This document shows, piece by piece, positions 9,091 to 18,334 of a stretch of DNA of 51,167 nt (position 1 is the first letter of the stretch; each line of letters opens with the position of its first letter). The position numbers and the translations under genes are program-made. Source of the DNA: Deltaproteobacteria bacterium (GTDB lineage: Bacteria > Desulfobacterota > Desulfobacteria > Desulfobacterales > Magnetomoraceae); contig PEAL01000001.1 in assembly GCA_002753725.1 (NCBI GenBank), forward strand, positions 1 through 51,167, given 5' to 3'. The notes beneath the pieces are model-generated. The model made no database searches. It was not told where the DNA came from and saw nothing but the letters and a program-made list of their open reading frames with translations.

Positions 9091-12000
9091 ATTTTGCCAG
9101 TTGCGCTTTTAATTGATCAGACTGACCGGACAGTTCTGTTGCAGCGGATGCTGTTTCTTCACTCTGAGAGCTGATATTTTGAACGGCTGTAGAGATCTGG
9201 CCCATACCATCATTGATTTGTCCCATTGCCTGGGTTTGTTCCTTACTCGCTACCGCAATATCGGCAACCAAATCTTTAACTTTCAGAACGTTTTCCACCA
9301 CCTGCTCAAGGGCAATGCCTGTTCGTTCGGAAATCTGTACCCCTTCCATAGCCTTTTTATTAGAATTATCTATCAATTCAGCGGTTTCTTTTGCTGCCTG
9401 AGCACTTCTTCCCGCTAAATTTCTAACTTCCTGAGCAACGACAGCAAAGCCTTTGCCATGCTGTCCGGCGCGTGCAGCTTCAACAGCAGCATTTAGTGCC
9501 AGAATATTGGTTTGAAAGGCGATTTCATCGATCACTTTGATAATTTTTGAAATATTTTGAGCAGAATCATTGATTTCTTTCATGGCCTGACTCAAATGAT
9601 TCATTTCTTTCTGTCCGGTCGTTGCGGCCTGATTGGTTTCAGCAACCAGGGCATTGGCCATATCGGCATTTTCCGCATTTTGGCGAATTTGACGATCTGT
9701 TTCATGAATACTTGAAGATATCTCTTGAACAGATGCAGCCTGTTGTTGAGAACTTTCAGCCAGGTGCTGACTGGCAGAATTAAGCTGGATAGCTGATGCA
9801 GATACGTTTTTTGAAACATCGGCCACTTGTTCGAGAATTTGATTCAAAGAGGATAGTGTATTGTTTATCGCCTCTTTGATCATGGCATGATCCCCCTGAT
9901 AGTCTCCGTTGACTGTCAGGGTTAAATCTCCCTCAGAAATTCGTTCCAGAATAATTTGTGCTTCTTTGATCGGCATTAAAACAGCATCCAGGGTCTCATT
10001 GATCCCTTTGACAATCTTTGCAAAATCACCCTGATGCTTGCTGTCATCCGCCCGTGTATCCAAATGCCCGGAAATGGCAGCATTAACCAGGACATTGGCA
10101 TCTTTGATCAGATTGTTGACAGCATCGATACACATATTGAGATTGGTATTGAGTTTTCCAAAATCACCCTTTGCCTGCTCAGTAATTTTTTCTGGAATTT
10201 CTCCCCGACTGATCATGGCAACATAATTTTGAATGCGACGCAACGGCTGGACAAAAGCTTCGACAATATTATTGACATTCGTTACCAGCTCGCGATAATT
10301 GCCGGTAAACAGTTCTGCATCACCCCGTTGACTGAAATCACCATTGTTGATGGATTGGATGATTTCTACAATAGCCTTGTTGATATCCCGTTCACCACTG
10401 ACATTCAAAACAAATTCAATAGCACCAGTAACATGCCCCTGATGATCTTTGATTGGAAATCCTGTATATCGGATGGGTAAATTTATACCTTCAGGATCAG
10501 CAATGGTATCTGCTGTACATCCCTGTTGCGTGGTCATTGCCTTGTGGCAGGCACAGTCATTGGTTTGACAATGACTTGTTTTGAAAAAGGAGTAACATTT
10601 TTTACCAACAACATCTTTGATCGATAGTCCAAGAACATTCAATCCTGCATGATTCATATATTTGATCGAATAATCGTTATCGATTTCCATGACCGGTGTG
10701 GGCAGATGATCCAAATTGTAGAGTAAAGCTCGCTGCCCCATAACCATCTCATTCAAAGCTGTTCCCAATGTACCTGTTTCATCCTTGTTATCCATTGTTA
10801 ACGTGATTTCTTTATTACCCAATCGAATCTTTTCAATGAATTGAATAATCTTTTGAATCGGGCTCATCAAGCTTTTTGTCATGAGTAATGAAACCAATAA
10901 AATACCAAGAATTGAAAGCAACATAATCGCAACAATAACTTTTTGCATAACGTACACCGGAGCAAAGGCTTCAGCACAATCTATTTCAGCAATCAAAGCC
11001 CAGTTACACCCAAATACAGTCAATGGAGAGAAAGCAGACAAGACCCAGTTATTGTTATAATCTTTTATGATTTTTTCACCCTTTTTTCCAGATAAAGCGG
11101 TTCGACTGGCTTCTGTGTCAACCGTTCCTTTGGATGGATTGCGAAAAGAGGCTTCAACAGAGTGATCTGTCGGGTCTAAAAAAGAATCCGACCGCATGCG
11201 TTTATCTTCACCCACCAGATACGTTTCACCAGTGCTGCCCATGCCCTCACGTTGCTGCATGATCGTATTGATCGCTTTCAGTGACAGCTGAAGTCCAACG
11301 ATCATATCAACTGTATCGTTTTGAAGGATAGGTTGTGCAATGAATGCTGCGGGTTCATCATTGATCGGCGCATAGGGTTCAAAATCAGCAAAACCAAAAC
11401 TTTTTGTTTGAGTCACATTTTTAATGAGTTTTCCAAGTCCTGAATTGGCATATTTGCCATTGACCAGATTGGAATGATAATCTGCTGCTCTGTGAGTGGT
11501 ATAAAAAACAAAGCCATTGGAATCAATCAAAAATAATTCGCGATAATTATATGCTTCAATATACTGTTGACAAAAATCTTTAATTTGGCCTTCTTTTTTA
11601 TGGGCAATGTTTTCTTCAATGGATTCAGTGGTCAAGATGGCCCAGTTCAAGCTTTGAAGGCTGAGCGGTTCGTAGATAATGATTTTGAGATTGCCTTTTT
11701 CATCATTTTGCCAGGCCGTGCCTTTTTTTCCATTCAGTGCTTTTTTGGCAAAATCATCAGATATCGGCATTCCGATATCTCCTCTGTGAATCACACGATT
11801 GCTGCACAAACGCATGTTTCCATCCAGTTGTCCCACCAGAAAGCTTTCTCCTGTTTTTCCCATACCGGAACGATGTTGAATAATATCATTAATTTTTTGG
11901 ATAGGTACTTGAATGGCAATAATACCGATAAGGTTGTTTTGAGAACGAACAGCCCCTGCCATAAAAAGACTTTGCATATTGTCCGATGGTGCATAAGGCT

Positions 12001-12649
12001 GAAAATCCGACACCGCAATTTCGACCGTTTTAGCATTTTGAAAAACCAAGGCAAGACCTGAACCTTTTAAATTTCCTGTCAATAAATTTTGTCCTAAATC
12101 AGCCTTTTTTTCAACGGTATAAACAATATCGCCACCGGGGCTGATTAAAAAGACATCATCATAATTGAAATCTTGTTTAATATCTTTAAAAACAGCGCTG
12201 AATTCGCTTTCTATTTTCAGCCAATCCGCTCCACCGATGATTCTATCGTTTTTTAAAAACGCCTGATTAAATTTATGAATGGCAAGAGCTGAAAAGGGAT
12301 TATCTTTTAATGCATGAACCGTATTTTCAACCGTTTGAAAGGTTGCTTCCAATTGATGTTTTTTAAGCATCTGGATGGTTTCAAGTCGTTTTGAAGCCTT
12401 GTCTTTTATGCTTTCAATGGTTTGAGTCAGTACGTTCAAGTCGCCTTTACGCTCTTGAAAAAATTTCTGTATTTGTGCTTTTTTTATTTCACGAATACTT
12501 TCTAATTGCATAAACGATTGTTTTTTTAATGCTTTTTCTGCATTGTTTAAACAAAGATATTCTCCGATAGCCAGAGGAAAAATACCAACTATCAAGAATG
12601 CCACGACAAATTTTATTTTTAGACTGAGATTTTTTATTCGCAGGATCAT
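8984..12649 (-). CDS. Methyl-accepting chemotaxis protein with tandem double-Cache-like periplasmic sensor, HAMP, Cys-rich PAS, four HAMP-like repeats and MA domain
   Basis: Two periplasmic repeats of the Cache pattern (DFQPYAPS ... GMGKTGESFLVG and DFEPYAPI ... GMGSTGETYLVGEDKRMRSDS) lie between two TM helices. The signalling hairpin is [40 protein letters not shown]. The start is set at ATG 12649 (AAGGA RBS), because the ORF-track start at 12694 lies inside a hairpin. Confidence 0.9.
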   Translation of the reverse strand: MILRIKNLSLKIKFVVAFLIVGIFPLAIGEYLCLNNAEKALKKQSFMQLESIREIKKAQIQKFFQERKGDLNVLTQTIESIKDKASKRLETIQMLKKHQLEATFQTVENTVHALKDNPFSALAIHKFNQAFLKNDRIIGGADWLKIESEFSAVFKDIKQDFNYDDVFLISPGGDIVYTVEKKADLGQNLLTGNLKGSGLALVFQNAKTVEIAVSDFQPYAPSDNMQSLFMAGAVRSQNNLIGIIAIQVPIQKINDIIQHRSGMGKTGESFLVGQLDGNMRLCSNRVIHRGDIGMPISDDFAKKALNGKKGTAWQNDEKGNLKIIIYEPLSLQSLNWAILTTESIEENIAHKKEGQIKDFCQQYIEAYNYRELFLIDSNGFVFYTTHRAADYHSNLVNGKYANSGLGKLIKNVTQTKSFGFADFEPYAPINDEPAAFIAQPILQNDTVDMIVGLQLSLKAINTIMQQREGMGSTGETYLVGEDKRMRSDSFLDPTDHSVEASFRNPSKGTVDTEASRTALSGKKGEKIIKDYNNNWVLSAFSPLTVFGCNWALIAEIDCAEAFAPVYVMQKVIVAIMLLSILGILLVSLLMTKSLMSPIQKIIQFIEKIRLGNKEITLTMDNKDETGTLGTALNEMVMGQRALLYNLDHLPTPVMEIDNDYSIKYMNHAGLNVLGLSIKDVVGKKCYSFFKTSHCQTNDCACHKAMTTQQGCTADTIADPEGINLPIRYTGFPIKDHQGHVTGAIEFVLNVSGERDINKAIVEIIQSINNGDFSQRGDAELFTGNYRELVTNVNNIVEAFVQPLRRIQNYVAMISRGEIPEKITEQAKGDFGKLNTNLNMCIDAVNNLIKDANVLVNAAISGHLDTRADDSKHQGDFAKIVKGINETLDAVLMPIKEAQIILERISEGDLTLTVNGDYQGDHAMIKEAINNTLSSLNQILEQVADVSKNVSASAIQLNSASQHLAESSQQQAASVQEISSSIHETDRQIRQNAENADMANALVAETNQAATTGQKEMNHLSQAMKEINDSAQNISKIIKVIDEIAFQTNILALNAAVEAARAGQHGKGFAVVAQEVRNLAGRSAQAAKETAELIDNSNKKAMEGVQISERTGIALEQVVENVLKVKDLVADIAVASKEQTQAMGQINDGMGQISTAVQNISSQSEETASAATELSGQSDQLKAQLAKFKLLDNHHNIRQTSETEDEDGISFPQNYQVMPLLQ

Positions 12650-12684
12650 AGATTTTATCCTTAATTTTATAAGGGAGCGGGGGA

Positions 12685-12722
12685 GTGGGCACATCTTTTA
12701 TGGCAAACGAAAATGTGCCCAC
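12685..12722 (-). other. Intercistronic stem-loop between the two chemoreceptor genes
   Basis: GTGGGCACAT (12685-12694) pairs perfectly with ATGTGCCCAC (12713-12722), with an 18-nt loop. It starts 8 nt after the upstream receptor stop. No U-tract follows on the transcribed strand. Confidence 0.6.
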
Positions 12723-12729
12723 CATTTAT

Positions 12730-15700
12730 TTAGAATTCACCAAAACCACGTTCATCAGTATCTAAGGGTAAGATATCTTTTGGCGATTTTCGATGGGGAT
12801 AGTTTTTAGCGATCAATTTTTGCGATGGTGCCTTGACAGGCACTTTTTTCATTTCAGGGCCACGGCCTGACATTTTTTCATTTTTAATCAACTGAAATTT
12901 TGCCAATTGTGACTTTAAATCTTCGGATTGTGATGTCAATTCTGTTGCAGCGGAGGCTGTTTCTTCACTCTGAGAGCTGATATTTTGTACCGCTGTATTG
13001 ATTTGTCCCATGCCCTCATTGATCTGTCCCATGGCGTGGGTTTGTTCCTTGCTGGCCGTTGCGATCTCAGCCACAAGATCTTTGACTTTCATAACATTGT
13101 CCACAATTTTTGTCAGGGCTTCTTCTGTCCGACCGGCAAAATTTACACCCTCATTCACCTTTTTATTTGATCCTTCAATCATTTCCGCTGTTTCTTTTGC
13201 CGCCTGAGCACTTCGACCGGCAAGATTTCGAACTTCTTGTGCCACAACAGCAAAGCCCTTTCCATGTTGGCCAGCACGCGCAGCTTCAACGGCCGCATTC
13301 AATGCCAGGATATTGGTCTGAAAAGCAATTTCATCGATCACCTTGATAATTTTTGAAATATTTTGAGATGCTTCAAAAATTTCTTCCATAGCTTTGCTCA
13401 GTTGTTGCATTTCACCCTGACCGGTTGTGGCGGCTTGATTGGTTTCGCTGACCAATTGATTGGCCATATCGGCGTTATCAGCATTTTGTTTGATTTGTTG
13501 ATCGGTCTGATGAACACTGGCTGTAATTTCTTCAACCGATGCGGCTTGCTGCTGTGCACCTTCGGAAAGGTTGTGACTGGCCGATGTCAACTGATTGGCC
13601 GATGCTGCCACATTATCTGAAACTTCACCCACTTGATTCAGTATATCATTCAATGATGACAGGGTGTTGTTAATAGCATTCTTGATAATGGCATGATCGC
13701 CCCTATACTCACCGGTTACAAATTTCGTCAATACGCCATTGGAAATATTTTCCAGGATATCCTGGGCATCTTTGATGGGCAAAAGAATGGCATCCAATGT
13801 ATCATTGATACCTTTGACCACTTCGGCAAAATCTCCCTGGTGCCGGCTGACATCTGCGCGTGTATCCAGTTTTCCATCCAGGGATGCCTGCACCAGTTGT
13901 TTGGCATCCTTGACCAGACGATTAACCGCATCGATGCACATATTGAGATTGTTATTGAGAATTTCAAAATCACCTTTGGCCTGTTCAGTGATCGGTTCTG
14001 GAATTTCTCCACGGCTGATCTTCGCGACGTATTCCTGTATACGTTTCAGGGGGGTCACAAAGGCATCGACAATCTTGTTAACGTTATTAACAAGATCCGC
14101 ATAATTTCCAGTGAATTGACTGGCATCACCACGCATGCTGAAGTCACCATTATTGATAGAATTGATCATCTTGACAATCGCCTGATTGATTTTACGCTCT
14201 CCACTGACATCCAGAACAAACTCAATGGCACCAACAATATTTCCTTTGAGATCTTTGACAGGAGAACCCGTATAGCGGATTGGTAAATCCAAACCTGTGG
14301 GGTCAGCAATGGTATCAGCCGTGCAGACCTGATCCATGTTCATGGCTTTATGGCAACAGCATTCTGCGGTTTGACAATGACTGGTTTTAAAAAATGAATA
14401 ACATTTTTTACCGACAATATCTGACTGGGGAAGATTCAACAACTCACGCCCCGCTTTGTTGATATAAAGAATTGTGTAATCCCGATCAATTTCCATTAAT
14501 GGTGTGGGTAAATTTTCAAGATTATTGATCAGTTTTTGGGTTTCTGTGACCATCTGGTTGAGACCTTCAGACATAATACCGATTTCATCCTTACTATCAA
14601 CATCTAAGGTCAACACGTCTCCTGCCCGAATACGCTCAATAAAAGCAACAATTTTTGAGACCGGATGGCTGATACTTCGTGCAATAAACCAGGAAAAAAA
14701 CAATCCCAGGCCAATGGCGATCAGTGTAAATGTAATGGCCATACTATTGGCGGCGGTCACCTGGGATTCCATTTGTTCATATTGCCCCTGTTGGACGTTA
14801 TTGGTCGTTTTTTGGGCATTTCGAGCGGCATCCACCATGTTCGTCATAGCAACTTTTTGTTTTTCAATCATTTCAAATAATTCTTCAAAAGAGGTATAAT
14901 AGTGTTCAATACCAGTAATGATGGTTTCCACTTTGTCGATATTGTTTTTGTTTTTGAATCGGGATTTTAAATCTTGACAGAGCTCAATCATTGTTTTGAT
15001 ATTTTTTTCAACATCAAGATGATATTTTTTATCTTCTGAAATCAAAAAGTTTTTTTCAGCCTGTCTGGCGGCTAAAAACCGTTTGATCAAACGATTGGCA
15101 TCATCGGCTTTGGCCATTTTATCGTCTAAATTTTGGATAAACGTATTTTGAACAATTTCCAGTTCTTTCTTTTGCCCCTGTCGGATCGCAACAATGGCGT
15201 CCATTGTTGCAGTGGCAGCCTGAGCCATTTTGGTTTTGTCATCAGGGTTGTTGGATTTCAAGAATCGCAAAACAGCATTTTCATAATTACGATAGTTTGC
15301 AATCACCTGATTGGCTTGCTGAATATTGGCTGGATTTGAAAAACGATTTTTCAAATCTGTTGCCAAAGCAAACAATTGCCGATTCAATTCCTGCCACTGG
15401 GATAGAACGCTGGTATTACCTTCCATCATCACCATGCGATACCCTTTTGCCTCAAGCATATATTTAACCATCTGGTTGGCATCATCTGCTTTTGACAGTT
15501 TATCTTGAACATTTTTCAAATTGTCTTCTTTAATTTTTACAAGCTCGTTTTTTTGTTGCTCGCGAATGGTTTCACATTCTTTTAAGGCATTGCGTGCATT
15601 GTTTTGCATCGTCTCCAATAAAGATGTCTTCTGATTGGCAAATGCAACATATGTTTCAAAGGATTTGAGATATGTTTCACCGGCAGTAATGACTTCTTTC

Positions 15701-16020
15701 ATAGATTGGATATCAACATCCCGCTTGAAGTTTTTTTGTGTCTCCTTTGCCTGTTGAATCAATTTTTTATTAATATTTTCAACTTCTTTGATGCACACTG
15801 GATCTTTTCGAATAATAAAATTCTTTTCCTGTTGGCGAGACGATAAAATCATTTGCGTTAATTTATTCGTACCATCAACATTGTCAATGCGATTGGTTAC
15901 GCTATGCAGGCTGTTCAGACCGACACCTGCGATAAGCACTAATAAAAGTAAAACAATGATAAACCCCATAAAGATTTTAACACCAATTTTCAAATTTTTA
16001 AAAATAGCTATCATGATCAT
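12730..16020 (-). CDS. Methyl-accepting chemotaxis protein with helical bimodular-type periplasmic sensor, HAMP, Cys-rich PAS, four HAMP-like repeats, MA domain and C-terminal GFGEF pentapeptide
   Basis: N-terminal TM helix, then about 385 aa of helical periplasmic region with an internal repeat ([11 protein letters not shown] / [11 protein letters not shown]; [13 protein letters not shown] / [13 protein letters not shown]), then a second TM helix. The cytoplasmic half is paralogous to the downstream receptor. AAGGAG RBS precedes ATG 16020. Confidence 0.9.
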   Translation of the reverse strand: MIMIAIFKNLKIGVKIFMGFIIVLLLLVLIAGVGLNSLHSVTNRIDNVDGTNKLTQMILSSRQQEKNFIIRKDPVCIKEVENINKKLIQQAKETQKNFKRDVDIQSMKEVITAGETYLKSFETYVAFANQKTSLLETMQNNARNALKECETIREQQKNELVKIKEDNLKNVQDKLSKADDANQMVKYMLEAKGYRMVMMEGNTSVLSQWQELNRQLFALATDLKNRFSNPANIQQANQVIANYRNYENAVLRFLKSNNPDDKTKMAQAATATMDAIVAIRQGQKKELEIVQNTFIQNLDDKMAKADDANRLIKRFLAARQAEKNFLISEDKKYHLDVEKNIKTMIELCQDLKSRFKNKNNIDKVETIITGIEHYYTSFEELFEMIEKQKVAMTNMVDAARNAQKTTNNVQQGQYEQMESQVTAANSMAITFTLIAIGLGLFFSWFIARSISHPVSKIVAFIERIRAGDVLTLDVDSKDEIGIMSEGLNQMVTETQKLINNLENLPTPLMEIDRDYTILYINKAGRELLNLPQSDIVGKKCYSFFKTSHCQTAECCCHKAMNMDQVCTADTIADPTGLDLPIRYTGSPVKDLKGNIVGAIEFVLDVSGERKINQAIVKMINSINNGDFSMRGDASQFTGNYADLVNNVNKIVDAFVTPLKRIQEYVAKISRGEIPEPITEQAKGDFEILNNNLNMCIDAVNRLVKDAKQLVQASLDGKLDTRADVSRHQGDFAEVVKGINDTLDAILLPIKDAQDILENISNGVLTKFVTGEYRGDHAIIKNAINNTLSSLNDILNQVGEVSDNVAASANQLTSASHNLSEGAQQQAASVEEITASVHQTDQQIKQNADNADMANQLVSETNQAATTGQGEMQQLSKAMEEIFEASQNISKIIKVIDEIAFQTNILALNAAVEAARAGQHGKGFAVVAQEVRNLAGRSAQAAKETAEMIEGSNKKVNEGVNFAGRTEEALTKIVDNVMKVKDLVAEIATASKEQTHAMGQINEGMGQINTAVQNISSQSEETASAATELTSQSEDLKSQLAKFQLIKNEKMSGRGPEMKKVPVKAPSQKLIAKNYPHRKSPKDILPLDTDERGFGEF

Positions 16021-16096
16021 GAACTCCTTTCTAAAGATTCATTTGAAAGTGAAATGCGTTTAAAATACGAGACTATCGTATATCAACCCTTCTTTG

Positions 16097-16606
16097 TTAT
16101 TCTTTTCCGGTTATTTCCCGGAGTTGATCGATATCAATTCGTTGAGCGGATAACAGTTGCGAAAGGGAGATAATAAAACTGACCTGTTCATTCCTCTTTC
16201 CCATCCCCTGAATGATACCATCGCCTTTGCCATACTTGGGTGGCTCAATCTTATTTTTTGGAATTTCAAGCACATCCTTGACGCGATCCACCATTAGACC
16301 GGTAGGAACCTCATCAATTTCAACCACAATGGTGCAGGTGCGGTCATCATACGCTTTTTTAGGTAGTCCGAACCGCACTCGAACATCCATCAAAGGCACT
16401 ACTTTCCCCCGCAAATTGATCACACCAGCAAGATATGGGGGCATATCCGGTGCTGGAATAATTCGCTGGTTGGTGACAATTTCAGTTACCGTTTCAATAC
16501 AAACAGCATATTCTTCTGTATCCACCTCAAAGGTCAGATACATGTCCTCTATACTGTCTTCATCATCAACCGCTTCATGAGCGAATTTTTGGGATTTTTC
16601 CGTCAT
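16097..16606 (-). CDS. cheW: Chemotaxis coupling protein CheW
   Basis: 169-aa single CheW domain (YLTFEVDTEEYAV ... VINLRGKVVPLMDVR ... IVVE ... GLMVDRV). Strong AGGAGG RBS. Confidence 0.9.
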   Translation of the reverse strand: MTEKSQKFAHEAVDDEDSIEDMYLTFEVDTEEYAVCIETVTEIVTNQRIIPAPDMPPYLAGVINLRGKVVPLMDVRVRFGLPKKAYDDRTCTIVVEIDEVPTGLMVDRVKDVLEIPKNKIEPPKYGKGDGIIQGMGKRNEQVSFIISLSQLLSAQRIDIDQLREITGKE

Positions 16607-16824
16607 TCGACCTCCTTTACATTGTCAATGGATTAAACCTTTAGATGCTTGTTTTGTGATGATGGAATGTTTGCCCTTAATATTTTTTCAAGGACAGAAA
16701 TTTTATGATCAAGAGTGTAAATACATAAAAAATAAGAAAAAATCAACACTTACTGTTTTTCTTTATGGATACATCCAATCATAGCTAAAATGCTAAAACG
16801 TGTTCAAAAAAATGCCTATGTGAT

Positions 16825-18324
16825 ATGAGGATGAAAAACAAGGAGAAAAATGGATATATGAAAGATTCATTTACAGATATGTCTTTTGAGCGGTTTCAAA
16901 AACTCATCCTTCAGCGTACAGGTATTATATTTGGCGAACGCAGACGAAATGAATTGAAACGTCATGTTCTGACAACCACAAAAAAACAGGACGCATCTAA
17001 TATAGACCATCTTTACCGACGGCTGTCAGAATCACCGACCGATAGTCCTATCTGGGATTTTTTTATCGATACCATCATTGTTGGTGAAACCTATTTTTTT
17101 CGTGAAGAACTTTTGTTTCAGGCATTGCGTCATAAAATTTTGCCAGAAATTATTGCCCGACATGAAAAAGATCGAAGCATGCGGATTTGGAGTGCTGGAT
17201 GTTCAACCGGCGAAGAACCCTATTCCCTCGCAATATTAATGGATCAACTGTTAGGGGCAGATATCAAAAACTGGCATATTTTTATTCTGGCAACAGATAT
17301 CAATAAACCTTCCCTAAAAAAGGCTATTGATGGTCACTATCGAAGCTGGTCCCTTCGACAGACATCCAAAACAATCATTTCAACATACTTTAAAGAAAAA
17401 AAAGACAGATTTCATATTCGCGAAGATATTCAAAAACGGGTGATGTTTTCTTATCTGAATCTGAACAATCCCGTATATCCATCTTTAGCCACCTGTACTC
17501 ATGCGATGGATTTAATTTTGTGGCGTAATGTTGCCATATATTTTACGGATGATGTCATTCAAGACGTTCTTAAACGGTTTTATCGGTGTTTACTGCCATC
17601 GGGCTACTTTAATATTGGTGCTTCCGAAGCTGCTCATATGAGTGCCACACCATTTATTGCAAAACAATTTTCAGGCACGTTTATTTATCAAAAAGACCAG
17701 CCAGCAATGCCAAGCTTAACGCAAACGATCAAACCCATTCAACCCAAATATCCCCCCGACACAAAAAATAATTTTTCCGCAGATCAAAATGTCAACGTTA
17801 ATCCTTCAATTGTCTCCACAACAAAGGTAAAAACAGAATCCTCGTTATCTTTCCTTGAACAGGCGGAACAACATGCCCAAAACCAACGATACACAGAGGC
17901 GGTTCAGGCCTATAAATCCCACCTGTCCATTTATTCAAATGATGCCAAAGCATGGTTTCAAATGGCACGCGTTTATGCCAATAATGGAGATTTGAAGCAT
18001 GCAAAAGAGGCATGTACCCATGCGATCAAGTACGATCCATTGATTGTAGAGGCATATTATATTCAAGGGTTGATTAATGAAGAAGATGGCAAGCTTGAAG
18101 AAGCTATTGCTGATTATAAGAAAACATTATACCTGAAGCCCGATTTTGTGCTGGCACATTATCATCTGTCTTGTGTTTATCAACAAACACAAGAGGATGC
18201 AATGGCTGATCGTCATCGCACCCAATCCATTCGAATCTTGTCACAACGCCCATCGGATGAAAATATTCCTGGAGCCGATGAATTGACTGTCGGACAATTG
18301 TTGGCTTTATTAACGGGTAATTGA
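16825..18324 (+). CDS. cheR: Chemotaxis protein methyltransferase CheR fused to C-terminal TPR repeats
   Basis: GETYFFRE and the SAM-binding motif RIWSAGCSTGEEPYSLA. The C-terminal ~150 aa carry TPR-like repeats (AKAWFQMARVYANNGDLKHA ..., VEAYYIQGLINEEDGKLEEAI ...). The start is uncertain among ATGs at 16825, 16831 and 16858. Confidence 0.88.
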   Translation: MRMKNKEKNGYMKDSFTDMSFERFQKLILQRTGIIFGERRRNELKRHVLTTTKKQDASNIDHLYRRLSESPTDSPIWDFFIDTIIVGETYFFREELLFQALRHKILPEIIARHEKDRSMRIWSAGCSTGEEPYSLAILMDQLLGADIKNWHIFILATDINKPSLKKAIDGHYRSWSLRQTSKTIISTYFKEKKDRFHIREDIQKRVMFSYLNLNNPVYPSLATCTHAMDLILWRNVAIYFTDDVIQDVLKRFYRCLLPSGYFNIGASEAAHMSATPFIAKQFSGTFIYQKDQPAMPSLTQTIKPIQPKYPPDTKNNFSADQNVNVNPSIVSTTKVKTESSLSFLEQAEQHAQNQRYTEAVQAYKSHLSIYSNDAKAWFQMARVYANNGDLKHAKEACTHAIKYDPLIVEAYYIQGLINEEDGKLEEAIADYKKTLYLKPDFVLAHYHLSCVYQQTQEDAMADRHRTQSIRILSQRPSDENIPGADELTVGQLLALLTGN

Positions 18325-18334
18325 CATCGTTCAA

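Noticed and set aside
10540-10580. The CxCH sequences (DCACH and ECCCH) in the receptor PAS domains as possible c-type heme attachment sites.
   Set aside because: The canonical motif is CxxCH, and covalent heme c attachment happens outside the cytoplasm. These PAS domains lie after the second TM helix and HAMP, so they are cytoplasmic. The residues are treated as possible metal, cluster or thiol ligands instead.
12650-12725. An upstream start (12694) for receptor 1 and the small ORF 12489-12725.
   Set aside because: The 12694 start lies inside the 10-bp hairpin stem and adds a non-hydrophobic leader. ATG 12649 has an AAGGA RBS and gives a normal N-terminus followed by a TM helix.
9113-15508. 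Many plus-strand ORFs of 60-197 aa lie inside the two chemoreceptor genes, for example 9113-9418, 10034-10480, 11567-12061, 13693-14286 and 14504-14899.
   Set aside because: They are antisense to long, motif-rich MCP reading frames and have no recognisable motifs or RBS. They recur at equivalent positions in both paralogues, as expected for shadow frames of a biased coding sequence.
16073-16099. A sigma-28-like element on the minus strand upstream of receptor 2 (TAAC-N15-TACGATAG).
   Set aside because: It matches only 3/4 and 5/8 of the consensus and overlaps the cheW stop codon. That is too weak to call without TSS data.
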